From contig OZ220742.1 of assembly GCA_965116955.1 (NCBI GenBank), positions 71,577 through 135,576 on the forward strand: a DNA stretch of 64,000 bases, given 5' to 3'. The DNA is from Thermoanaerobaculia bacterium. Its GTDB lineage: Bacteria > Acidobacteriota > Thermoanaerobaculia > Multivoradales > Multivoraceae. Shown here piece by piece: positions 26,986 through 36,583 of this stretch; positions within the stretch are counted from its first letter, which is position 1, and every line of letters starts with the position of its first letter. Both the position numbers and the translations under genes were made by a program. The notes below the pieces were generated by a model, which ran no database searches, was not told the origin of the DNA, and saw only the letters and a program-made list of their open reading frames with translations.

Positions 26986-29900
26986 CCTTCGTCGACCGCA
27001 GTTGCACGGAGCTTCCGAAGCCCGTCGCCGGGCGCGAGCAGCCGCCCGTCTCCAGACCATTGTCGGAGTACCGATCCGAGACCGCATTCGTGCTCCTGGG
27101 CGACCCCGGTGCCGGCAAGACGACGTGCTTCAAGCAGGAGTGCGCGGTGCCGGGAGAGTCCGCGATCCTCGTCCCGGCTCGCGAATTCGTCACGTTCGAC
27201 ACGGAACGCCACCCGGAGTGGCGCGACCGAACCCTCTTCATCGACGGCCTGGACGAGATCCGTGCCGGCGACGGCGACCCGCGCCCCGCTCTGGACCGGG
27301 TTCGCACGCAACTGGACCGGCTGGGAAAACCCACTTTCCGGTTGTCCTGCAGGGAAGCCGACTGGCTTGGAGGCAACGATCGGACCAGGCTGGAGGCCGT
27401 CGCCCCGGGAGGTCGACTCGCCGTTCTTCGGCTTGACCCGCTCACCGAGGCGGACGCGGAGACGATCCTCGGTGACAGCGAGGCCGGCAATGCCATCGCG
27501 TTCCTCCACCAGGCTCACGAGAGAGGACTCGGCAGCTTCCTGCAGAACCCCCAGAACCTGACCCTGCTGGTTGAGGCGGTCGCCGACGGCAGATGGCCCA
27601 GCAACCGTCGCGAGCTGTTCGAAGACGCGTGCCGGCGATTGGTTCAGGAAGTGAACCCGGAGCACCGAGGCGCCGACCGGAACCGGCCGACCGACACGCT
27701 GCTCCTGGAGACTGCGGGCCAGTTGTGCGCCCTCCTCCTGCTCTCGGGGTGCGCAGGCGTCCACTCGGCGGCGGAGAGCAACGGCGCGGACTATCCGGTG
27801 CTCGGCGATCTCGGCCCGCCGTTCGCCGGCCTCTCGCCACGCCAAGGGCAGGTCTTGGCACGCCGACAGCGACTCGTTCTGGCAAGCCGGCTCTTTACCT
27901 CGGCGATGCCGGACTCCAAGGACGCGCGGCGCTTCGAGCCGATACACCGGCACATCGCCGAGTTTCTCGGCGGGCGCTACCTGGCGGAGCGCATCGACGC
28001 AGGTCTCCCGCCGGCTCGGGTCATCGCGCTGACCACCACGGGCGATGGCGGCGTAGTCACCGCCCATCGCGGACTCTCGGCCTGGCTGGCGGCGCATTCC
28101 AAGCCAGCCAGGGCAGAACTGATCGACCGCGACCCGATTGGCGTCGGCCTCTATGGCGACATCGCCGGCTACTCGGGCGACGAGAAGCGGTTGCTGCTCG
28201 AAGCGCTGATCCGCGAAGGCCGGAGACTCGACGACATGGGCTACTCGAACACGGCAGCCTTCGCGTCCCTTGCCGTTCCGGCGCTCGAAACTCCTTTCAC
28301 CGCGTTGCTGACTGCGCCGGGGCGAAGCGAGGACGACCAGTTCGCGCTCAAGTTCGTGCTCAGAGTGCTGAGCCGCGGCACGCCGATGCCTGGGCTCGCA
28401 GCTTCGATCCTCAACATCCTCTACGACGACGGATGGCCGCCAGAGGTCGTCTGGGCAGCGCTCGATGCCTTCATCCGCCAGTGCGCGGACGCGAAGGAGC
28501 GAACCTGCAGGTTGAGACGGATTCTCTCCGGAGTTCAAGGCGGCGGTTTGCGGGATGTGCACAACGAGCTGACCGCCACGGTGCTCGAGGAGCTCTATCC
28601 CGATGCCATCGGACCGGCGGAAATCTGGAGACACCTCGATCGATGTCGACCGACGAGCGTGCATGGACGCCACCGCCTTTTCTGGACGCGCACGCTCGAA
28701 GAGAAGACGACGGACGAGGACATCGGCAAACTCGTCGACGCACTCGCCGCGCAAAGGCCCGACCTCGGTCTGGTCGACAACGGTTTCGGCGAAGGCCGGG
28801 CCTCAGCGGAGAGCCTCCTGGCGCGCGCACTCGCCGTTCACGGCGAAACGCTGACGCCGCAACGACTCTCCGAGTGGCTCAACGGACCCGCCCGGACAGA
28901 CGAGGAGTTCCACGAACTGCGGAGTGCCGAACAGGCGAGGCAGGCGGCATTCGAGCTCCTCCAGATGGACCCGGAGCCCGGCGCAGCCGAAGCGGAATCG
29001 TCCGAATCCCCATCAAGGACCGTGCGTTCCTGGCTGGAGGCTCACCCGGATGCCTACAAGGCCGTTTTCCTGGAGGGCATTCGCCACTACGCCGACGAGG
29101 CGGACCTGCAAGGCAAGGTGCATCTCGTTGACCAGCGGCTGCGGGGGGCACAGCCCCCGACCGACTTCGGACTCTGGTGCCTGACGCAGGCTCGCAAGGC
29201 CGCCGGGGCCCAGCCGGAACTGGCGCGCTGGCTCTTCGGTCGAGCGCGCGAACGCCTCAACGAGGGCGAAGAGGGCTTGTCGCAAAAGCTCATCGACGAC
29301 GCGGCAAACGAACAGCCTTCGCTGCGGCCGCGGCCACTCGATCCCCAAGTCGCCAGGAAGCTACGGGAACTGTCGCACAGGAACCACGCAAGGGTCAGGG
29401 CCCTCCAGGATCAACGCAGGCGAGAAGAACAGGAGTGGCTGGACACTGTTCGCGCCGAGGCGCCGGCCCTGGAGCACAACCGAGGCGCACCGTGGCTTCT
29501 GTATCGCCTGGCGACCGGGTGGCTTCAACGGTACGACCAACAGCCGCATTCCCTCTGCGACTGGCTCACGGGAGAGCTAGGCAACCAGGCTGACCTAGCC
29601 AAGGCGGTTGTCGCCGGTCTGCGCGGCGTCATTGATCGTGAGGACGTGCCGGACTGGAGCGAGGTCCTGCGGCTCCATGGCGAGAACCGGATGCACCAAC
29701 TCGCCACGCCGTTCCTCGTTTCGCTCGACGAACGGGACCTCGCCGACTCGCGATTCGTCGACGGGCTGAGCAAGCGGCAGAAGCGCCAAGCCTGTGCCTT
29801 CTACTTCACCGTACTGATCAGCCGCAGCGTTCATCCGAACTGGTACCGGCGTTTGCTTGAGCGGAGTGTCGAGTTGGTCGCGGATGTGCTGCTCCCGCTG

Positions 29901-31202
29901 GCTCGCCAGGAACTGCGACGCGGCACGGAGAACGTGCCGTGCCTGTGGGACCTGGCGCACGACGACGACCACGCCGACCTTGCTCGCCTCGTCTGTCTGC
30001 CCCTCCTGCGCGCCGTTCCGGTGCGTTGCCACGCCCGGCAGTTGCACAACCTGACGCGTCTGCTGTGGACGGCGCTGCACCATGCGGACCGCGAAGCGCT
30101 GCTCCATCTCGTCGAGAACAAGCTCGCGGCCGGGAGCATGACTGTCAACCAGCGCGTCCATTGGCTGGCGGCGGCTACTGTCGCGGCGCCCGACGCGTTC
30201 GCCGAGCGGCTGGACAACTTCATCGGCGGCAAGGAACTGCGTGCGCGGCAACTCGCCAGGTTCCTGTGGTTGGAACACCCCGAGCCGTTTCGCCCTGCCG
30301 CACTGCCGCCCCACGCATTGGAGATCCTGATCCGGCAGTCGGGCGCCGCCTACGGCGTCTCCGAGCTGAGGGACAGGCCACAAACTGCCGGAAGACCGGG
30401 GAAAGGACAGTACAACGCACAGCCTGAATCGGTGCTCTGGCGCATCCCCGACCTGATCGAGTCCCTTGCTGCTTCACCGGAACCCGAGGCCGGCGCCGCC
30501 CTGAACCGACTGGCAAACGACGAAACGCTTCATCGCTGGCGCTACCAACTTCGCCATGCCTGCGACCGGCAGGCGGTCATCTTCCGCGACAGCTCCTACC
30601 GCCGCCCCGAACTTCGAGAGATTCGCGCAACGCTCGACGATCTCGCTCCCGCCAACGCCGCCGACCTCGCCGCCCTCGCGCTCGACCGCCTGGACGAACT
30701 TGCCCGATCCGTCCGCACCACGAACACGAACGACTGGAGTCAGTACTGGAACCAGGACGGGCACGGCAGACCGACCCGACCCAAAGCCGAGAACGACTGC
30801 CGAAACGCCTTGCTCCGCGATCTGCGGACCCGCCTGCCAGACGATGTCGACGCGCAACCCGAAGGCCAGTACGCCGCGAATCGGCGCGCCGACATTCGTC
30901 TGTCCTGCTCCGGCTTCCACCTGGCCATTGAAATCAAGAAGCACTACCACCCCGCCCTGTATCGCGCGGCGCGCGATCAGCTTGTCGCCAAGTACGCCCA
31001 GGATCCGGCAACCGGCGGCCACGGGATCTTCCTGGCGCTCTGGTTCGGCGGCGCCGACAAGGCGCCGCTGGACGAGACGGGGACTCGGCCCGGCAGCCCG
31101 GAAGAACTTCGCGAGCGGCTTGAAGCCTGCCTCACCAGACAACTGCCGCACGAACAACGACGCAAGATCGCGGTTCGAGTCATCGACGTCAGCAAGCCCT
31201 GA
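26982..31202 (+). CDS. NACHT-type STAND NTPase (1406 aa) with long helical C-terminal region and C-terminal PD-(D/E)xK-like motif
   Basis: Walker A FVLLGDPGAGKTTCF at about 27099-27143. NACHT-signature Walker B TLFIDGLDEIR (hhhhDGhDE) at about 27231-27263. About 1200 aa of helical region follows. C-terminal ADIRLSCSGFHLAIEIKK (D-x12-E-I-K) at about 30888-30941, near-identical in spacing to the ATPase C-terminus. Confidence 0.75.
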   Translation: MTFVDRSCTELPKPVAGREQPPVSRPLSEYRSETAFVLLGDPGAGKTTCFKQECAVPGESAILVPAREFVTFDTERHPEWRDRTLFIDGLDEIRAGDGDPRPALDRVRTQLDRLGKPTFRLSCREADWLGGNDRTRLEAVAPGGRLAVLRLDPLTEADAETILGDSEAGNAIAFLHQAHERGLGSFLQNPQNLTLLVEAVADGRWPSNRRELFEDACRRLVQEVNPEHRGADRNRPTDTLLLETAGQLCALLLLSGCAGVHSAAESNGADYPVLGDLGPPFAGLSPRQGQVLARRQRLVLASRLFTSAMPDSKDARRFEPIHRHIAEFLGGRYLAERIDAGLPPARVIALTTTGDGGVVTAHRGLSAWLAAHSKPARAELIDRDPIGVGLYGDIAGYSGDEKRLLLEALIREGRRLDDMGYSNTAAFASLAVPALETPFTALLTAPGRSEDDQFALKFVLRVLSRGTPMPGLAASILNILYDDGWPPEVVWAALDAFIRQCADAKERTCRLRRILSGVQGGGLRDVHNELTATVLEELYPDAIGPAEIWRHLDRCRPTSVHGRHRLFWTRTLEEKTTDEDIGKLVDALAAQRPDLGLVDNGFGEGRASAESLLARALAVHGETLTPQRLSEWLNGPARTDEEFHELRSAEQARQAAFELLQMDPEPGAAEAESSESPSRTVRSWLEAHPDAYKAVFLEGIRHYADEADLQGKVHLVDQRLRGAQPPTDFGLWCLTQARKAAGAQPELARWLFGRARERLNEGEEGLSQKLIDDAANEQPSLRPRPLDPQVARKLRELSHRNHARVRALQDQRRREEQEWLDTVRAEAPALEHNRGAPWLLYRLATGWLQRYDQQPHSLCDWLTGELGNQADLAKAVVAGLRGVIDREDVPDWSEVLRLHGENRMHQLATPFLVSLDERDLADSRFVDGLSKRQKRQACAFYFTVLISRSVHPNWYRRLLERSVELVADVLLPLARQELRRGTENVPCLWDLAHDDDHADLARLVCLPLLRAVPVRCHARQLHNLTRLLWTALHHADREALLHLVENKLAAGSMTVNQRVHWLAAATVAAPDAFAERLDNFIGGKELRARQLARFLWLEHPEPFRPAALPPHALEILIRQSGAAYGVSELRDRPQTAGRPGKGQYNAQPESVLWRIPDLIESLAASPEPEAGAALNRLANDETLHRWRYQLRHACDRQAVIFRDSSYRRPELREIRATLDDLAPANAADLAALALDRLDELARSVRTTNTNDWSQYWNQDGHGRPTRPKAENDCRNALLRDLRTRLPDDVDAQPEGQYAANRRADIRLSCSGFHLAIEIKKHYHPALYRAARDQLVAKYAQDPATGGHGIFLALWFGGADKAPLDETGTRPGSPEELRERLEACLTRQLPHEQRRKIAVRVIDVSKP

Positions 31203-31349
31203 GCACACACCAACCAGACGGTCGGCGACCGCAAGGTCAGCGACGCCCGGCCGTCGGTTGCCTGACCAGTCAGCGCTACGCCCTAGCCAAGGCGTGGATC
31301 ACACCATTTGAACAAACTCGTTCAGCAGCGCAACTCCCGGCTGTCCATG

Positions 31350-32273
31350 TCAGCCGCCGCCGCCCCGGCGCCACAACAGGATCGCCGCGTAGGCGCGCAG
31401 CGGGCGCCAGGCCTCCGCCATCGCGTCCAGCTCGGCGGCGCTGGGCGGCTGGTCGCGGTCGATCGCCTTGCGCAGGCCCAGGTCGCTGGCGGGAAACGCG
31501 TCGCGGTCGCCCAGGGCGCGCATCGCGACGTACTCGACCGTCCAGGGGCCGATGCCCTTGATGTCGAGCAGCCGGCGGCAGACCTCTTGCGGGTCGGCGT
31601 CCAGCCTCAACCCGCCGCTCGCAACTTCCGAAGCCAGGTCACCAAGCGCCCGGGCGCGGGACCCGGGCAGACCGATCTTCCGGAGATCGAGGGACGCGAC
31701 CTGCTCCGGACCTGGGAACGTCCGCTCGAGCCCGGGCTCCGCCAACCCCGAGGGAAGCTCCGGGCCCAGGGCCGCGACAAGGCGGCCGGCCAGGGTCCGC
31801 GCGCCGGCCACCGAGATCTGCTGACCCAGCACAGCCCGCACCGCGGTCTCGAAGCGGCACCAGGCGCCGGGAACCCGTACGCCCGCCGGGATGCGGCCAC
31901 CCGAAGCCAGTTCGGGGGCACCGCTCAAGGCGGAGCGAATGGCGTCCGGGTTCGCGTCGAGGTCGAAGAGTCGCCGCAGTCGGCGCTCGACCTCTTCCTC
32001 AAGATGCGATTCGAGCCGTCCACTCGCAGTGGCATGTACTTCCGCGCTCAGGCGGGAGCCTCCGAAGTCGACCCGCAGGACGCCGGGCCGTGAACCGCTT
32101 TCCGGCGCCCCCGGCGCCAGTCGCGCGAGGTCGATCGTCCGGCAGTAGAGCAGGCGCTCCGCGTCGACGACCTCAACGCCCGGCAACGCGCGGGCGGCGA
32201 AGAACTCGAGCAGGCCCCGGACGTCGAACGGCCGCCGGCAGGACGCTTCAAGCGAGCAGACGGCGTGCGGCAT
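31350..32273 (-). CDS. alkA: DNA-3-methyladenine glycosylase II (AlkA-family, AlkA_N + HhH-GPD)
   Basis: Internal ATG at 32273 chosen (MPHAVCSLEASCRRPFDV...). HhH-GPD motif LLDIKGIGPWTVEYVAMRALGD with catalytic Asp. Confidence 0.75.
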   Translation of the reverse strand: MPHAVCSLEASCRRPFDVRGLLEFFAARALPGVEVVDAERLLYCRTIDLARLAPGAPESGSRPGVLRVDFGGSRLSAEVHATASGRLESHLEEEVERRLRRLFDLDANPDAIRSALSGAPELASGGRIPAGVRVPGAWCRFETAVRAVLGQQISVAGARTLAGRLVAALGPELPSGLAEPGLERTFPGPEQVASLDLRKIGLPGSRARALGDLASEVASGGLRLDADPQEVCRRLLDIKGIGPWTVEYVAMRALGDRDAFPASDLGLRKAIDRDQPPSAAELDAMAEAWRPLRAYAAILLWRRGGGG

Positions 32274-32359
32274 CCATGGTGGAGCATAGTCGTCCGGCGG
32301 AAGCCCGAGCCGCGATAGCCTTCGCCGCCGCTCACACCTCAACCAACCGGAAACCGACG

Positions 32360-33508
32360 ATGACCGAACTCCCCGCCGACGGCCTGGCCCTCCACTCCAC
32401 CATTCGCTCCGACGACCAGGGAGGCGGCACCGTCGAACTGGCGCTGGTCAGGGTCCCGGTGCCGGAACCCGGACCGGACCAGGTCGTCATCCGGGTCGAG
32501 GCGTCGCCGATCAACCCGTCCGACCTGGGCGTGCTGTTCGGGCCGGCCGACGTCTCCACGGTCCGCGCGTCGGACGGAGAACACGGCCCCGTGGTGGTCG
32601 CCGACCTCCCCAAGGGCCTGGCGCGGCTGGTCGCCGGCCGTGTCGGCCAGGCAATACCGACCGGCAACGAGGGCGCCGGCGTGGTCGTCGCCGCCGGTTC
32701 GTCGCCGGCCGCCCAGGCCCTGATCGGCCGCACGGTCGCCGTCCTCGGCGGCTCGATGTACGCGGAGTACCGGCTGGCCGAGGCCCGGCAGTGCCTTGCA
32801 CTGCTCGAAGGCACGACGCCCGCGGAAGGCGCCTCCTGCTTCGTCAATCCGCTGACCGCCCTGGGCATGGTCGAGACGATGCGGCTCGAGGGCCACGCCG
32901 CCCTGGTCCACACCGCCGCCGCTTCCAACCTCGGCCAGATGCTCCAGAAGATCTGCACCGCGGACGGCGTGCCGCTGGTCAACGTCGTCCGCCGGCCGGA
33001 ACACGAGGAACTCCTGCGCGGCATCGGCGCCAGCCACGTCGTCAACTTGAGTACCGAGACCTTCATGGCCGACCTCGTCGCCGCGCTCACCGACACCGGC
33101 GCAACGCTCGGCTTCGACGCCACCGGCGGCGGCAAGTTGGCCGGCCAGATCCTGACCGCGATGGAGGCGGCGCTCTCCGCCAACGCCCCCGAGTACAGCC
33201 GCTACGGCTCGGCGACCCTCAAGCAGGTCTACATCTACGGCGGACTCGACCGCAGCCAGACCGTCCTGACCCGCAACTTCGGCATGGCCTGGGGCCTGGG
33301 CGGCTGGCTGCTGCCCCACTTCCTGCGCCGCATCGGCTACGAGGCCTCGGAACGCCTCCGCCAGCGGGTCGCCGCCGAGATCAGGACGACCTTCGCGTCG
33401 AGCTACGCGAAGACGGTCACCCTGCGGCAGGCTCTCGATCCGGCGTCCATCGCGGTCTACGCGAAGCAGGCGACCGGCGAGAAGTACCTCGTGACACCAC
33501 ACGGGTAG
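32360..33508 (+). CDS. Zinc-binding alcohol dehydrogenase / quinone oxidoreductase family (MDR superfamily) protein
   Basis: ATG at 32360 selected because the upstream part of ORF 32090.. is Arg-rich and antisense to alkA. GroES-like N-domain and Rossmann (AVLGGSMYAEY...LVHTAAASNLGQ). Confidence 0.7.
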   Translation: MTELPADGLALHSTIRSDDQGGGTVELALVRVPVPEPGPDQVVIRVEASPINPSDLGVLFGPADVSTVRASDGEHGPVVVADLPKGLARLVAGRVGQAIPTGNEGAGVVVAAGSSPAAQALIGRTVAVLGGSMYAEYRLAEARQCLALLEGTTPAEGASCFVNPLTALGMVETMRLEGHAALVHTAAASNLGQMLQKICTADGVPLVNVVRRPEHEELLRGIGASHVVNLSTETFMADLVAALTDTGATLGFDATGGGKLAGQILTAMEAALSANAPEYSRYGSATLKQVYIYGGLDRSQTVLTRNFGMAWGLGGWLLPHFLRRIGYEASERLRQRVAAEIRTTFASSYAKTVTLRQALDPASIAVYAKQATGEKYLVTPHG

Positions 33509-33517
33509 AGGGACGCC

Positions 33518-34450
33518 TCACACCCGGCGGTAAGCGAGGTCCCCCTCCATGTAGGTGAGATAGAAGCGGGCCGGCTCGACGGCGCGGTTCGGGTTGCGGA
33601 ACCAAAGCGGACGCCGGTAGAAGACCTCGCCGCCCAGCGACTCCGTGGCCCGCAACAGGCCCTCTTCCGTGGCCAGGACGGTCGCCTCGGCGCAGCCTTC
33701 CCGGCGGAGCCGGTCGAGGATGGCGAGCAGCGCCAGATCCGCATCTTCTTCGAGACAAGGCATGTGGACGATCCGGCCGGTGGGCGGATCGTTCGCCCGG
33801 TTGACGTAGAGCAGGACCGGACCCAGCGGCTCCCCCGACCGTTCCAGCGTGAACAGCAGGCCGTCATGCTCCGGACAGGCGGCCAGCCACGCCAGGTGAT
33901 CCGGCTCGGCGAGGTTGACCAGCGTGTCTCGGGGAGACGCCGGACCGGCCGCCGCGGGATCGAAGTCGGCCAGCTTCACGACTGACTGCCTGGCCGCGGC
34001 CGCGCCGGCCGCCGCGGTGCTCAGACGCAGTTCCAGCGCCTCGCCGACCTCGCGAAAGCCGCGCATGACCAGCATCGCCTTGGTGGCGGCGGTGCCGCCG
34101 AGCACGACCTCGAAGTCCGTGTCGGGCGTACGGCCGGCCAAGGGAACGCCGGCTCTGCCCCTCGCCCCGTGCTCGACCATCCACAGCATCCGGTGAGCAC
34201 CCGTCACCGTCTCGCCATGGACCCGGTAGCGGCAGTGCAACGAAGCCACGTGGCCGACGATTCGGTCATGCCGTTCGGCGACGGAAGACTCGACCTCCGG
34301 CCCCGGACCGGGATGGAAGAGAAGCCAGCGCAGCACCTCCGGCTCGCGCCGCACGCCGTAGACGACCTCGGTCAGTTCGGAGAGACGAGGGAGTTCGCTC
34401 TCGGCAGTCGGGCGCAGCAGGACGTCCCGAACCGTACGCACCCGATCCAT
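33518..34450 (-). CDS. GNAT-like acyltransferase family protein (putative, two-lobed)
   Basis: 310-aa ORF with genome-typical codon usage. Weak acyl-CoA N-acyltransferase-like features. Function uncertain. Confidence 0.4.
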   Translation of the reverse strand: MDRVRTVRDVLLRPTAESELPRLSELTEVVYGVRREPEVLRWLLFHPGPGPEVESSVAERHDRIVGHVASLHCRYRVHGETVTGAHRMLWMVEHGARGRAGVPLAGRTPDTDFEVVLGGTAATKAMLVMRGFREVGEALELRLSTAAAGAAAARQSVVKLADFDPAAAGPASPRDTLVNLAEPDHLAWLAACPEHDGLLFTLERSGEPLGPVLLYVNRANDPPTGRIVHMPCLEEDADLALLAILDRLRREGCAEATVLATEEGLLRATESLGGEVFYRRPLWFRNPNRAVEPARFYLTYMEGDLAYRRV

Positions 34451-34461
34451 CGACCCGAAGG

Positions 34462-35265
34462 CTACTTCGACCCGCCGCGCCCCGCCCGAAACGCCTTGTC
34501 GCGCTCCGCCCGCAGGCGCAGCCCCTCCCGGAAGCGCTCGACATTCGCCTCGGCGCGGCGCCTGAGCCGGCGGTACTTGAACTCGGCTTCGAGGAGCAGC
34601 AGCTCGTCCCAGTCCAGGCCTTCCTCCGTCCAGTGGTACTCGTGGGTGAGGAGCTGGATCTGGTCGTAGCGGTCGAGCAGCGACGTCACCACGCCCTCGC
34701 GCCAGGCCTGGGTGCTGTCGGAGAGGTACTTGATCCGCTCGAAGTAGAGCGGGTCGTAGGCGTCGACGATGCCGGGGATCCGTAACGTCCGACCCGACCG
34801 CATCGGCATGTGGGGGCTGGCGGCCCGGATCTCCACACCGAAGAACCCCTCCATCAGGCCGATCGCACGCCGCGCCAGTGCGACCGGATCGCCGCCCGAG
34901 CGCTCGAACAGGCCCAGGTCGTAGTGGAAGCCGAGGTCGTGCCCGAGGCCGAGGATCTGTTCGACCGCCTCGGCGCCGTCGGCCTCGAACAGGTTGTAGT
35001 CGGAACCGATCTGCACGAAGAAGGTCGAGCGGACGCCGGCGTCGTGGTCGGCCCGCGCCATGGTCAACGCGGCATCGAGACTGAACTCGACATCGTGCCG
35101 CATCAGGACGAAGCGATCCACCTCAAGCAGCGCCTCGCCCATCGGCGCCGCCTCGCCGAACGAGAAGGTCCGGTGGGTCGAGGTGATCCGCGCGAGGATC
35201 TCCCGGTAGTGATCCAGCGTGAAGTCGAGGTCCGGATCGGCCGGACGTGCCGGTTGTCTGGTCAT
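34462..35265 (-). CDS. Polysaccharide deacetylase-like protein (putative)
   Basis: ATG at 35265 overlaps the stop of the upstream glycosyltransferase (ATGA). MRHDVEFSLD...FFVQIGSDYNL resembles the deacetylase (NodB-like / DUF) fold. Confidence 0.45.
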   Translation of the reverse strand: MTRQPARPADPDLDFTLDHYREILARITSTHRTFSFGEAAPMGEALLEVDRFVLMRHDVEFSLDAALTMARADHDAGVRSTFFVQIGSDYNLFEADGAEAVEQILGLGHDLGFHYDLGLFERSGGDPVALARRAIGLMEGFFGVEIRAASPHMPMRSGRTLRIPGIVDAYDPLYFERIKYLSDSTQAWREGVVTSLLDRYDQIQLLTHEYHWTEEGLDWDELLLLEAEFKYRRLRRRAEANVERFREGLRLRAERDKAFRAGRGGSK

Positions 35266-36326
35266 GCCGGCCGCCAGGACACTTCGTTCCACACATGCGC
35301 TGCCAGGTCGCCGAGCGGACGCTCGGCGCCGCCGTCGATCCAGTCGACCAGGTGGCGCGTCACGTCCGGGTAGTTCATGGGAGCGGGCTCCGGAGTATCG
35401 ATCCAGGACTCGATCCCCTCCGCCGTCAGCCGCTCGACGACGGTGCCAAGCCCTAGTGCCGTGAGCGCCCGGCCGTTGAGGAACTGCTCCGGATGGCGGC
35501 GAATCGGCTGCACCAGGAGACGGCGGCCCAGGTGCAGCGCCTCACTGGCGAGCGAGAAACCCGCATTCGTGATCACTCCCGCGCAGTCGACCAGGTCGGC
35601 CACGAAGGCCTTGCGATCGTAGGGGCGAATCGAGACGTTGCCACGCTCGACCGGCTCGGGCACGGGCCGGTAGGCGACAAACCGCTGACGCGGCAGTCGC
35701 CCCAGAAGATCCACGATGCTCTGTTCGCTCTCTGCCGGCAGGTAGACGAGGAACCGCTGGCCATCTCTACGGGCGGAACCGTTCGCGGCCGCCGCGACGA
35801 GGTCGGGACTGATCGTCGGCGGCAGATTCGTGCCGCCGAATCGATGCCAGTGAAGGCCGACCGCGGTACGGACAGGGGTGTAGAGCGGCGCAAACAGCCG
35901 GAGCGCCCACCGTGCCGGCCCGGTCCGCCCGGGAAGTCGAAGACGCCGGTGGAACGCGTACAGATGGCCGACGCCGATGCTGCGCCGCCGGCATCGACGG
36001 GCGATCCAGGCGGAAACCGGCTCGTAGTCGGTCAGCACGAGATCGAAGCCGGACGCGTCGAAGCTGCGCACGTCGCGCAGAAAGCGAACCACGCGCAACT
36101 GCCGAATGGTCTGGAGCAACCGCACTCGTCCGCCGGCCGCCTGCCCGGTGAAGCCCTCGAGCAGCGTGTGGCTGGCCCGGATCTCAGGGTCGGCGAACGC
36201 CGCCGAAGACCGGCCGGTCAACAGGCAGTGAACATCGTGGCCCCGACTCCGCAGGCCGGCCACCATCGCCGCCGACCGCACCAGGTGACCGTGGCCCGTG
36301 CCCTGCACCCCGTAGAGAATCCTCAT
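35262..36326 (-). CDS. Glycosyltransferase (GT1/GT28 MGT-like, UDP-sugar dependent)
   Basis: Start MRILYGVQGTGHGHLVRS, the typical glycine-rich N-terminus of MGT/MurG-like GT-B enzymes. C-terminal UDP-binding-like region (GVITNAGFSLASEALHLGRRLLVQP). Confidence 0.6.
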   Translation of the reverse strand: MRILYGVQGTGHGHLVRSAAMVAGLRSRGHDVHCLLTGRSSAAFADPEIRASHTLLEGFTGQAAGGRVRLLQTIRQLRVVRFLRDVRSFDASGFDLVLTDYEPVSAWIARRCRRRSIGVGHLYAFHRRLRLPGRTGPARWALRLFAPLYTPVRTAVGLHWHRFGGTNLPPTISPDLVAAAANGSARRDGQRFLVYLPAESEQSIVDLLGRLPRQRFVAYRPVPEPVERGNVSIRPYDRKAFVADLVDCAGVITNAGFSLASEALHLGRRLLVQPIRRHPEQFLNGRALTALGLGTVVERLTAEGIESWIDTPEPAPMNYPDVTRHLVDWIDGGAERPLGDLAAHVWNEVSWRPA

Positions 36327-36583
36327 CACGGGGTGGCGGGCGGTCCTGTTCCCGACCAGAGCACGCGGGCGGAAGGTAGCACCCGCCGAGCTACCGTCGC
36401 AAGAGGAACTCGCCCGCACGCCGTGCGACCCTCACCACGTTGCTAGACTGGCTTCTCCGTTTCCTTGCGGATTCTTCCCGGTTCACACTCGAGAGCGCGG
36501 TCTGATCTCGGCGGCGGAAACCAGCAGGGGGTGACATCACGCGCGTTCTCATAGCAGGCATCGACGGCTACCTCGGCTGGCCG

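Noticed and set aside
26829-28754. 641-aa minus-strand ORF antisense to the NACHT gene, plus several 100-500 aa ORFs across 27.1-31.2 kb
   Set aside because: Antisense or out-of-frame to a gene with clear Walker/NACHT motifs. Low-complexity composition.
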